Under the pieces are notes generated by a model. That model searched no databases, was not told the origin of the DNA, and saw nothing but the letters and a program-made list of their open reading frames with translations. DNA of 64,000 nucleotides. It comes from Nemertoderma westbladi (lineage: Eukaryota; Animalia; Xenacoelomorpha). Made by a program: the position numbers and the translations under genes. Shown here one piece after another: positions 51,787 through 64,000 of the stretch. Each line of letters opens with the position of its first letter. Position 1 is the stretch's first letter. The stretch covers positions 60,290-124,289 of the forward strand of contig JAUCBJ010007175.1 in assembly GCA_032718475.1 (NCBI GenBank), in the 5' to 3' direction.

Positions 51787-52334
51787 TGTGACGGGATCCA
51801 AGGAGGATCCCGGTTTATCCGCGGTTATTATAAGTACGCGTCCCCGCCGTGTGAATGTGAAAAGAGTCTAAGAGTTCTGATGTTATTGATTCTCCGATAT
51901 ATGTATAATGTAATGGGTATAGTATAAATGGATACAGTATAGATGGTTGAAGTACAAAGAGTTATTACGGTATGCACAGATAAAATGGTGGTAGGTGAGG
52001 ACGGTCTTAGAAGTCTCCGCTCTACCCTAGCTAACCGACTAATACAATGAGATAACTGATTACAGTAACATGGTACCTAATAATATATATTGCACGGTTT
52101 GGCCGTCGTTACACTACCTAGCCGGTGCCTTCCCCCCATTGGCTAATATCCCTGTTGGCGCCCTTTGGAGTGTTTCCCCTCACTCCTGTTATTCTCTCTC
52201 TGTCAGGGCTATGGCCCCTGACCCCTATTGTGCGTTTCTCCTTCCCACTTTGTTGGGGTGACACTAGGTTGGGTAATCAACCTCGTGTTCCCAATATTGC
52301 TTAATGGCTCACTTTATGGGGTGTTAGCGGAATT
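51787..52334 (-). repeat. 5' LTR of the outer element, missing its outermost 13 bp
   Basis: Matches 22808-23352, then breaks into AGTTAG(CGGA)n. On the - strand a TATATA is followed ~30 nt later by an Inr-like TCAGTT (~52055-52092). Confidence 0.9.
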
Positions 52335-52340
52335 AGTTAG

Positions 52341-52629
52341 CGGACGGACGGACGGACGGACGGACGGACGGACGGACGGACGGACGGACGGACGGACGGA
52401 CGGACGGACGGACGGACGGACGGACGGACGGACGGACGGACGGACGGACGGACGGACGGACGGACGGACGGACGGACGGACGGACGGACGGACGGACGGA
52501 CGGACGGACGGACGGACGGACGGACGGACGGACGGACGGACGGACGGACGGACGGACGGACGGACGGTCGGACGGACGGACGGACGGACGGACGGACGGA
52601 CGGACGGACGGACGGACGGACGGACGGAC
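52341..52629. repeat. (CGGA)n microsatellite, ~72 units
   Basis: Directly visible, with one interrupted unit near 52567. Confidence 0.99.
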
Positions 52630-55600
52630 CATCAAACACATAGATAGAGTTCTACAGTTACACCATCCATCAAACACATATAGAGATTATAAAGTTACAC
52701 CATCCATCAAACACATAGATAGAGTTCTACAGTTACACCTTCCATCAAACACATAGACAGAGTTCTACAGTTACACCATCCATCAAACAAATAGATAGAG
52801 ATTATAAAGTTACACCATCCATCAAACACATAGATAGAGTTCTACAGTTACACCTTCCATCAAACACATAGACAGAGTTCTACGGTTACACCATCCATCA
52901 AACACATAGATAGAGTTCTAAAGTTACACCATCCATCAAACACATAGATAGAGTTCTACAGTTACACCTTCCATCAAACACATAGATAGAGTTCTACAGT
53001 TACACCATCCATCAAACACATAGATAGAGATCTACAGTTACACCATCCATCAAACACATACAGTAAATAAAGTTCTACAGTTACACCATCCATCAAACAC
53101 ATACAGTAGATAGAGATATAAAGTTACACCATCCATCAAACACATAGATAGAGTTCTACAGTTACACCATCCATCAAACACATAGATAGAGATTATAAAG
53201 TTACACCATCCATCAAACACATAGATAGAGTTCTAAAGTTACACCATCCATCAAACACATAGATAGAGTTCTAAAGTTACACCATCCATCAAACACATAG
53301 ATAGAGTTCTACAGTTACACCATCCATCAAACACATAGATAGAGATTATAAAGTTACACCATCCATCAAACACATAGATAGAGTTCTAAAGTTACACCAT
53401 CCATCAAACACATAGATAGAGTTCTACAGTTACACCATCCATCAAACACATAGATAGAGTTCTAAAGTTACACCATCCATCAAACACATAGATAGAGTTC
53501 TACAGTTACACCATCCATCAAACACATAGATAGAGTTCTACAGTTACACCATCCATCAAACACATAGATAGAGTTCTACAGTTACACCATCCATCAAACA
53601 CATAGATAGAGTTCTAAAGTTACACCATCCATCAAACACATAGATAGAGTTCTACAGTTACACCATCCATCAAACACATAGATAGAGATTATAAAGTTAC
53701 ACCATCCATCAAACACATAGATAGAGTTCTAAAGTTACACCATCCATCAAACACATAGATAGAGTTCTACAGTTACACCATCCATCAAACACATAGATAG
53801 AGTTCTACAGTTACACCATCCATCAAACACATAGATAGAGATTATAAAGTTACACCATCCATCAAACACATAGATAGAGTTCTACAGTTACACCATCCAT
53901 CAAACACATACAGTAAATAAAGTTCTACAGTTACACCATCCATCAAACACATACAGTAGATAGAGATATAAAGTTACACCATCCATCAAACACATAGATA
54001 GAGTTCTACAGTTACACCATCCATCAAACACATAGATAGAGATTATAAAGTTACACCATCCATCAAACACATAGATAGAGTTCTACAGTTACACCATCCA
54101 TCAAACACATACAGTAAATAAAGTTCTACAGTTACACCATCCATCAAACACATACAGTAGATAGAGATATAAAGTTACACCATCCATCAAACACATAGAT
54201 AGAGATATAAAGTTACACCATCCATCAAACACATAGATAAAGTTCTACAGTTACACCATCCATCAAACACATACAGTAGATAGAGATTATAAAGTTACAC
54301 CATCCATCAAACACATAGATAGAGTTCTACAGTTACACCATCCATCAAACACATAGATAGAGATTATAAAGTTACACCATCCATCAAACACATAGATAGA
54401 GTTCTACAGTTACACCATCCATCAAACACATAGATAGAGATTATAAAGTTACACCATCCATCAAACACATAGATAGAGTTCTAAGTTACACCATCCATCA
54501 AACACATAGATAGAGTTTAAGACACCATCCATCAAACACATAGATAGAGTTCTACAGTTACACCATCCATCAAACACATAGATAGAGATTATAAAGTTAC
54601 ACCATCCATCAAACACATAGATAGAGTTCTACAGTTACACCATCCATCAAACACATAGATAGAGTTCTACAGTTACACCATCCATCAAACACATAGATAG
54701 AGATTATAAAGTTACACCATCCATCAAACACATAGATAGAGTTCTACAGTTACACCATCCATCAAACACATAGATAGAGTTCTACAGTTACACCATCCAT
54801 CAAACACATAGATAGAGTTCTACAGTTACACCATCCATCAAACACATAGATAGAGTTCTACAGTTACACCATCCATCAAACACATAGATAGAGTTCTACA
54901 GTTACACCATCCATCAAACACATAGATAGAGTTCTACAGTTACACCATCCATCAAACACATAGATAAAGTTCTACAGTTACACCATCCATCAAACACATA
55001 CGTATAGAGATATAAAGTTACACCATCCATCAAACACATAGATAGAGTTCTACAGTTACACCATCCATCAAACACATAGATAGAGATTATAAAGTTACAC
55101 CATCCATCAAACACATAGATAGAGTTCTAAAGTTACACCATCCATCAAACACATAGATAGAGTTCTAAAGTTACACCATCCATCAAACACATAGATAGAG
55201 TTCTACAGTTACACCATCCATCAAACACATAGATAGAGATTATAAAGTTACACCATCCATCAAACACATAGATAGAGTTCTACAGTTACACCATCCATCA
55301 AACACATAGATAGAGTTCTACAGTTACACCATCCATCAAACACATAGATAGAGTTCTACAGTTACACCATCCATCAAACACATAGATAGAGTTCTACAGT
55401 TACACCATCCATCAAACACATAGATAGAGTTCTAAAGTTACACCATCCATCAAACACATAGATAGAGTTCTAAAGTTACACCATCCATCAAACACATAGA
55501 TAGAGATTATAAAGTTACACCATCCATCAAACACATAGATAGAGTTCTAAAGTTACACCATCCATCAAACACATAGATAGAGTTCTACAGTTACACCATC

Positions 55601-58600
55601 CATCAAACACATAGATAGAGTTCTACAGTTACACCATCCATCAAACACATAGATAGAGATTATAAAGTTACACCATCCATCAAACACATAGATAGAGTTC
55701 TACAGTTACACCATCCATCAAACACATACAGTAATAAAGTTCTACAGTTACACCATCCATCAAACACATACAGTAGATAGAGATATAAAGTTACACCATC
55801 CATCAAACACATAGATAGAGTTCTACAGTTACACCATCCATCAAACACATAGATAGAGATTATAAAGTTACACCATCCATCAAACACATAGATAGAGTTC
55901 TACAGTTACACCATCCATCAAACACATAGATAAAGTTCTACAGTTACACCATCCATCAAACACATACAGTAGATAGAGATATAAAGTTACACCATCCATC
56001 AAACACATAGATAGAGATTATAAAGTTACACCATCCATCAAACACATAGATAGAGTTCTACAGTTACACCATCCATCAAACACATCAGTGATAGAGATAT
56101 AAAGTTACACCATCCATCAAACACATAGATAGAGTTCTACAGTTACACCATCCATCAAACACATAGATAGAGATTATAAAGTTACACCATCCATCAAACA
56201 CATAGATAGAGTTCTACAGTTACACCATCCATCAAACACATAGATAGAGATTATAAAGTTACACCATCCATCAAACACATAGATAGAGTTCTAAAGTTAC
56301 ACCATCCATCAAACACATAGATAGAGTTATAAAGTTACACCATCCATCAAACACATAGATAGAGTTCTACAGTTACACCATCCATCAAACACATAGATAG
56401 AGATTATAAAGTTACACCATCCATCAAACACATAGATAGAGTTCTAAAGTTACACCATCCATCAAACACATAGATAGAGTTCTACAGTTACACCATCCAT
56501 CAAACACATAGATAGAGTTCTACAGTTACACCATCCATCAAACACATAGATAGAGTTCTACAGTTACACCATCCATCAAACACATAGATAGAGTTCTAAA
56601 GTTACACCATCCATCAAACACATAGATAGAGTTCTACAGTTACACCATCCATCAAACACATAGATAGAGATTATAAAGTTACACCATCCATCAAACACAT
56701 AGATAGAGTTCTAAAGTTACACCATCCATCAAACACATAGATAGAGTTCTACAGTTACACCATCCATCAAACACATAGATAGAGTTCTACAGTTACACCA
56801 TCCATCAAACACATAGATAGAGATTATAAAGTTACACCATCCATCAAACACATAGATAGAGTTCTACAGTTACACCATCCATCAAACACATACAGTAAAT
56901 AAAGTTCTACAGTTACACCATCCATCAAACACATACAGTAGATAGAGATATAAAGTTACACCATCCATCAAACACATAGATAGAGATATAAAGTTACACC
57001 ATCCATCAAACACATAGATAGAGTTCTACAGTTACACCATCCATCAAACACATAGATAGAGATTATAAAGTTACACCATCCATCAAACACATAGATAGAG
57101 TTCTACAGTTACACCATCCATCAAACACATAGATAGAGTTCTACAGTTACACCATCCATCAAACACATAGATAGAGATATAAAGTTACACCATCCATCAA
57201 ACACATAGATAGAGTTCTACAGTTACACCATCCATCAAACACATAGATAGAGATTATAAAGTTACACCATCCATCAAACACATAGATAGAGTTCTACAGT
57301 TACACCATCCATCAAACACATACAGTAAATAAAGTTCTACAGTTACACCATCCATCAAACACATACAGTAGATAGAGATATAAAGTTACACCATCCATCA
57401 AACACATAGATAGAGATATAAAGTTACACCATCCATCAAACACATAGATAGAGTTCTACAGTTACACCATCCATCAAACACATACAGTAGATAGAGATAT
57501 AAAGTTACACCATCCATCAAACACATAGATAGAGATTATAAAGTTACACCATCCATCAAACACATAGATAGAGTTCTACAGTTACACCATCCATCAAACA
57601 CATAGATAGAGATTATAAAGTTACACCATCCATCAAACACATAGATAGAGTTCTACAGTTACACCATCCATCAAACACATAGATAGAGATATAAAGTTAC
57701 ACCATCCATCAAACACATAGATAGAGTTCTACAGTTACACCATCCATCAAACACATACTGATAGAGATTATAAAGTTACACCATCCATCAAACACATATA
57801 TAGAGATTATAAAGTTACACCATCCATCAAACACATAGATAGAGTTCTACAGTTACACCATCCATCAAACACATAGATAGAGATATAAAGTTACACCATC
57901 CATCAAACACATAGATAGAGATTATAAAGTTACACCATCCATCAAACACATAGATAGAGTTCTACAGTTACACCATCCATCAAACACATAGATAGAGATA
58001 TAAAGTTACACCATCCATCAAACACATAGATAAAGTTCTACAGTTACACCATCCATCAAACACATACAGTAGATAGAGATTATAAAGTTACACCATCCAT
58101 CAAACACATAGATAGAGTTCTACAGTTACACCATCCATCAAACACATATATAGAGATTATAAAGTTACACCATCCATCAAACACATAGATAGAGTTCTAC
58201 AGTTACACCATCCATCAAACACATAGATAGAGATTATAAAGTTACACCATCCATCAAACACATAGATAGAGTTCTACAGTTACACCATCCATCAAACACA
58301 TAGATAGAGATTATAAAGTTACACCATCCATCAAACACATAGATAAAGTTCTACAGTTACACCATCCATCAAACACATACAGTAGATAGAGATTATAAAG
58401 TTACACCATCCATCAAACACATAGATAGAGTTCTACAGTTACACCATCCATCAAACACATATATAGAGATTATAAAGTTACACCATCCATCAAACACATA
58501 GATAGAGTTCTACAGTTACACCATCCATCAAACACATAGATAGAGTTCTACAGTTACACCATCCATCAAACACATAGATAGAGATTATAAAGTTACACCA

Positions 58601-61482
58601 TCCATCAAACACATAGATAGAGTTCTACAGTTACACCATCCATCAAACACATAGATAGAGTTCTACAGTTACACCATCCATCAAACACATAGATAGAGAT
58701 ATAAAGTTACACCATCCATCAAACACATAGATAGAGTTCTACAGTTACACCATCCATCAAACACATATATAGAGATTATAAAGTTACACCATCCATCAAA
58801 CACATAGATAGAGTTCTACAGTTACACCATCCATCAAACACATAGATAGAGTTCTACAGTTACACCATCCATCAAACACATAGATAGAGATATAAAGTTA
58901 CACCATCCATCAAACACATAGATAGAGTTCTACAGTTACACCATCCATCAAACACATATATAGAGATTATAAAGTTACACCATCCATCAAACACATAGAT
59001 AGAGTTCTACAGTTACACCATCCATCAAACACATATATAGAGATTATAAAGTTACACCATCCATCAAACACATAGATAGAGTTCTACAGTTACACCATCC
59101 ATCAAACACATAGATAGAGTTCTAAAGTTACACCATCCATCAAACACATAGATAGAGTTCTACAGTTACACCATCCATCAAACACATAGATAGAGATTAT
59201 AAAGTTACACCATCCATCAAACACATAGATAGAGTTCTACAGTTACACCATCCATCAAACACATACAGTAGATAGAGATTATAAAGTTACACCATCCATC
59301 AAACACATAGATAGAGTTCTACAGTTACACCATCCATCAAACACATAGATAGAGATTATAAAGTTACACCATCCATCAAACACATAGATAGAGTTCTACA
59401 GTTACACCATCCATCAAACACATAGATAGAGTTCTAAAGTTACACCATCCATCAAACACATAGATAGAGTTCTACAGTTACACCATCCATCAAACACATA
59501 GATAGAGATTATAAAGTTACACCATCCATCAAACACATAGATAGAGTTCTACAGTTACACCATCCATCAAACACATACGATAGAGATTATAAAGTTACAC
59601 CATCCATCAAACACATAGATAGAGTTCTACAGTTACACCATCCATCAAACACATATATAGAGATTATAAAGTTACACCATCCATCAAACACATAGATAGA
59701 GTTCTAAAGTTACACCATCCATCAAACACATAGATAGAGTTCTACAGTTACACCATCCATCAAACACATAGATAGAGATTATAAAGTTACACCATCCATC
59801 AAACACATAGATAGAGTTCTACAGTTACACCATCCATCAAACACATATATAGAGATTATAAAGTTACACCATCCATCAAACACATAGATAGAGTTCTAAA
59901 GTTACACCATCCATCAAACACATAGATAGAGTTCTACAGTTACACCATCCATCAAACACATAGATAGAGATTATAAAGTTACACCATCCATCAAACACAT
60001 AGATAGAGTTCTACAGTTACACCATCCATCAAACACATACAGTAAATAAAGTTCTACAGTTACACCATCCATCAAACACATACAGTAGATAGAGATATAA
60101 AGTTACACCATCCATCAAACACATAGATAGAGATATAAAGTTACACCATCCATCAAACACATAGATAGAGTTCTACAGTTACACCATCCATCAAACACAT
60201 AGATAGAGATATAAAGTTACACCATCCATCAAACACATAGATAGAGATTATAAAGTTACACCATCCATCAAACACATAGATAGAGTTCTAAAGTTACACC
60301 ATCCATCAAACACATAGATAGAGTTATAAAGTTACACCATCCATCAAACACATAGATAGAGTTCTACAGTTACACCATCCATCAAACACATAGATAGAGA
60401 TATAAAGTTACACCATCCATCAAACACATAGATAGAGTTCTACAGTTACACCATCCATCAAACACATATATAGAGATTATAAAGTTACACCATCCATCAA
60501 ACACATAGATAGAGTTCTACAGTTACACCATCCATCAAACACATAGATAGAGTTCTACAGTTACACCATCCATCAAACACATAGATAGAGATATAAAGTT
60601 ACACCATCCATCAAACACATAGATAGAGATATAAAGTTACACCATCCATCAAACACATAGATAGAGTTCTACAGTTACACCATCCATCAAACACATAGAT
60701 AGAGATATAAAGTTACACCATCCATCAAACACATAGATAGAGATATAAAGTTACACCATCCATCAAACACATAGATAGAGTTCTACAGTTACACCATCCA
60801 TCAAACACATAGATAGAGTTATAAAGTTACACCATCCATCAAACACATAGATAGAGATTATAAAGTTACACCATCCATCAAACACATAGATAGAGTTCTA
60901 CAGTTACACCATCCATCAAACACATATATAGAGATTATAAAGTTACACCATCCATCAAACACATAGATAGAGTTCTACAGTTACACCATCCATCAAACAC
61001 ATAGATAGAGATTATAAAGTTACACCATCCATCAAACACATAGATAGAGTTCTACAGTTACACCATCCATCAAACACATACAGTAAATAAAGTTCTACAG
61101 TTACACCATCCATCAAACACATACAGTAGATAGAGATATAAAGTTACACCATCCATCAAACACATAGATAGAGATATAAAGTTACACCATCCATCAAACA
61201 CATAGATAGAGTTCTACAGTTACACCATCCATCAAACACATAGATAGAGATTATAAAGTTACACCATCCATCAAACACATAGATAGAGATATAAAGTTAC
61301 ACCATCCATCAAACACATAGATAGAGATTATAAAGTTACACCATCCATCAAACACATAGATAGAGTTCTACAGTTACACCATCCATCAAACACATAGATA
61401 GAGATATAAAGTTACACCATCCATCAAACACATAGATAGAGATCTACAGTTACACCATCCATCAAACACATAGACGGAGATA
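52630..61482. repeat. 38-42-bp satellite, consensus CATCAAACACATAGATAGAG(TTCTAC/ATTATAA)AGTTACACCATC, ~8.9 kb
   Basis: Directly visible tandem array with several alternating unit variants. Confidence 0.98.
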
Positions 61483-62134
61483 CACCACAACCACAACCAC
61501 AACCACAACCACAACCACAACCACAACCACAACCTCAACCACAACCACAACCTCAACCACAACCTCAACCACAACCACAACCACAACCTCAACCACAACC
61601 ACAACCACAACCACAACCACAACCACAACCACAACCACAACCACAACCTCAACCTCGACCACAACCACAACCACAACCTCAACCACAACCACAACCTCAA
61701 CCACAACCACAACGTCAACCACAACCACAACCACAACCACAACCACAACCACAACCACAACCACAACCTCAACCACAACCTCAACCACAACCTCAACCAC
61801 AACCACAACCACAACCACAACCTCAACCACAACCACAACCACAACCATCAACCACAACCACAACCACAACGTCAACCACAGCCACAACCACAACCACAAC
61901 CACAACCTCAACCACAACCACAACCACAACCACAACCACAACCACAACCACAACCACAACCACAACCACAACCTCAACCACAACCACAACCACAACCACA
62001 ACGTCAACCACAACCACAACCTCAACCACAACCTCAACCACAACCACAACCACAACCACAACCACAACCACAACCACAACCTCAACCACAACCACAACCA
62101 CAACCTCAACCACAACCTCAACCACAACCACAAC
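61483..62134. repeat. (ACAACC)n hexamer array with TCAACC variants
   Basis: Directly visible. Confidence 0.98.
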
Positions 62135-62351
62135 CCATCAAAAACGTAGAGTTGGAACAACCAAAATTGTGGGAGAGAGTTAAATTAATTGTTTTCATGT
62201 AATTGAAATAGTAACATGATTTTATTTAATGTATTTTATGATAAAATGATCTCGAGGGATGACAGGCTAGCAGGTAATTAATTATTGACTATTAGAAGCT
62301 GACCTACTGTACCCATAGCCCACACCCACACCCACACAAAGTTGCTGATAG

Positions 62352-63014
62352 TTAATTTAAACCAATAGCAATTGCTACTGCCAACACAACAGCTGTAACA
62401 GCTCCATTGATACGATTTGCCCAACTTGTAGTCGTGTGTGTTTCAGCTGTAGTCGAAGGTTCTGTTGTGGTTGTAGTCGTTGTAGTTGTAACCGGATCAA
62501 ATGCGGGATCGTTCCAATCAACTTCTCCATTGGCATCCAGGTAGTCGGTTTCCCAGACTCGGTCTCTTCCTATTTTGTTGCACATGTCTGTTCCATTGCA
62601 GCAAACTTGCTGACAACTTAGATGTCTGGGATCCAACCTGTCTTCGTCAGCCGGCGCGTATTCCCCAGAAGCAATCCATGCTTCCATGCAATCATCTTCA
62701 TTGATTTTTTCTACACAAGCCGTTGGTTCGCAAATCTCTACCCTTGTATACATCAAACCTTTGGCATCTACGTTGTTGATAGTCCCTGTGGCTGTCGCTT
62801 GCATGAAGAATATGCGACATCCTGCACAATCCGTTGTAACGACACCTTCCTTTTCGAGGAACCATGGAGCATCGGCGAATATGTCTGGGCGCGATGACTT
62901 ATAAGTAATCATGGTGTACTCGTCCATACAAGAAATACCTGTTACCCGTATAACCTCTTCTGTAACGATTGAAATAACAATGAGTAGTATGATATTGACA
63001 TGTTCAATATTCAT
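62352..63014 (-). CDS. Secreted/GPI-anchored Cys-rich protein, Ly6/uPAR three-finger (quiver-like) type, 220 aa, intronless
   Basis: N-terminal hydrophobic signal, Cys-rich domain ending CCNGTDMCN, Thr-rich stalk, and a hydrophobic C-terminal tail with no cytoplasmic segment. Confidence 0.75.
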   Translation of the reverse strand: MNIEHVNIILLIVISIVTEEVIRVTGISCMDEYTMITYKSSRPDIFADAPWFLEKEGVVTTDCAGCRIFFMQATATGTINNVDAKGLMYTRVEICEPTACVEKINEDDCMEAWIASGEYAPADEDRLDPRHLSCQQVCCNGTDMCNKIGRDRVWETDYLDANGEVDWNDPAFDPVTTTTTTTTTEPSTTAETHTTTSWANRINGAVTAVVLAVAIAIGLN

Positions 63015-63387
63015 GTTGCTTTATTGTGGACGAATTGAATATTATTACTAATACTATTGAATGATGATAGTGTTTATAATTTTTATAATTAATAATAATT
63101 TATACTTTATACAATATGAATTAATATGGTTATAATACAATAATACAGGAAGAACTTCCCACGGGTGGCACTTTAAGATCTTTGTAAACCAAACTTCAAC
63201 TCCATTCCACGAAATTTGTTGTAAGTATTGCGGACAACGGTTCCACGTGCGCCATTGCACCGAGGTATCACCACTGTCACACTTAGCACGAACTTATGGC
63301 GGGGGGGGGGGGGGTTTATTCCCCCCTCAGGTACAATTTTCAAATATTTGATTCACCTAGTACGAATCACCTTTATTTCACCTAGAA

Positions 63388-63592
63388 CAGAATTTAATGA
63401 GGATTACAAATCTAAAAACCGCATAATGTGACCTCTTTCCGTTCTCGAGTTATCACTGTTTTTCCGTGTGAAGGTCTGTCCGTCAAATTGTAAGAAAGAC
63501 AGAAGACCGAAAGACAGACAGATAGACTAGATTCCACCAAAAATTAAAACTGACTTCGGAAATGAAATCAGCGACCCAAAAACCCCAGTAAA
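63388..63592. repeat. Degenerate interspersed repeat related to 1005-1275
   Basis: Shares colinear blocks and a GACA-rich tract with the copy at the start of the window. Confidence 0.5.
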
Positions 63593-64000
63593 GAACATTT
63601 TAGCTCGTTGGTGTGCATCCTTCGTGCCAGAAATAATTAACCAACCAGAACATAGACAGTCAATTTTGGCGGGGCGGTTTAAACTTTGAAGGGCATTTTC
63701 TTGGAATGAAATGAAATTCATTTTCAAATTACTACTCCTCCGTCATTTTTCAATAAATTTTCTTCGTTTTTGGCTCATATGGAATTTTGATAAATATTAC
63801 TATTTTTTCTAATTAGCCAATTTTAATTAAAAGTATGATAATTTATTAATTAAATTAATTAATTACAATAAAAATTGCTAATTAAAAATTATTATTAAAT
63901 TATAAATTATTTTGTAGAGTCGATGACGCTGAGTCCAAAAAAGTTAGTCTCAAGAAATTTGGACTAAAATTGAGGAATTAGTAGCAATTTAAGTGAAATC

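Larger units (their letters stand above)
22808..52334 (-). mobile_element. Outer non-autonomous BEL/Pao-type LTR retrotransposon (gag remnants, no pol), interrupted by nested insertions
   Basis: Direct repeats at 22808-23365 and 51787-52334. Polypurine tract next to the left LTR. Gag-like ORF pieces with a PEDSVS motif and zinc knuckles. No RT or integrase motifs in its own ~6 kb interior. Confidence 0.8.

Noticed and set aside
52228-52677. (GRTD)n and (RPSV)n ORFs
   Set aside because: Translations of the (CGGA)n microsatellite.
61386-62160. Poly-WL/poly-V ORFs, and the hexamer as a telomeric repeat
   Set aside because: The ORFs are translations of (ACAACC)n. The array is internal, followed by a normal gene, and is not TTAGG/TTAGGG.

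Overview
AT-rich animal (probably invertebrate) nuclear DNA with spliceosomal introns; not prokaryotic. (1) The last four exons of a + strand coiled-coil gene, most likely a laminin beta chain (1-84, 528-667, 21199-21339, 22387-22602). One intron is filled by a ~19 kb array of ~640 30-bp units, each a copy of that intron's own 3' splice site plus the first 12 nt of the next exon. (2) Nested mobile elements on the - strand. A pol-less BEL/Pao-type LTR element (22808-52334) carries a 144-bp MITE and a young, ~22 kb BEL/Pao element (26030-48272, TSD TAGTC), which was itself hit twice by one RTE-like LINE family. The large element has an extra upstream ORF and, downstream of pol, a ~1417-aa ORF (after removing a 74-bp LINE scar) with a DEDDy 3'-5' exonuclease-like domain and three zinc knuckles. 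Neither element has a tRNA-type PBS. In both, the PBS position is exactly complementary to a segment of its own LTR and the pairing ends at the LTR boundary, which suggests tRNA-independent self-priming. (3) A 9.8 kb block of three abutting tandem repeats. (4) An intronless Ly6/three-finger-like GPI-anchored protein gene (62352-63014, -). All calls were made by eye from motifs and coordinates; no database search was run.
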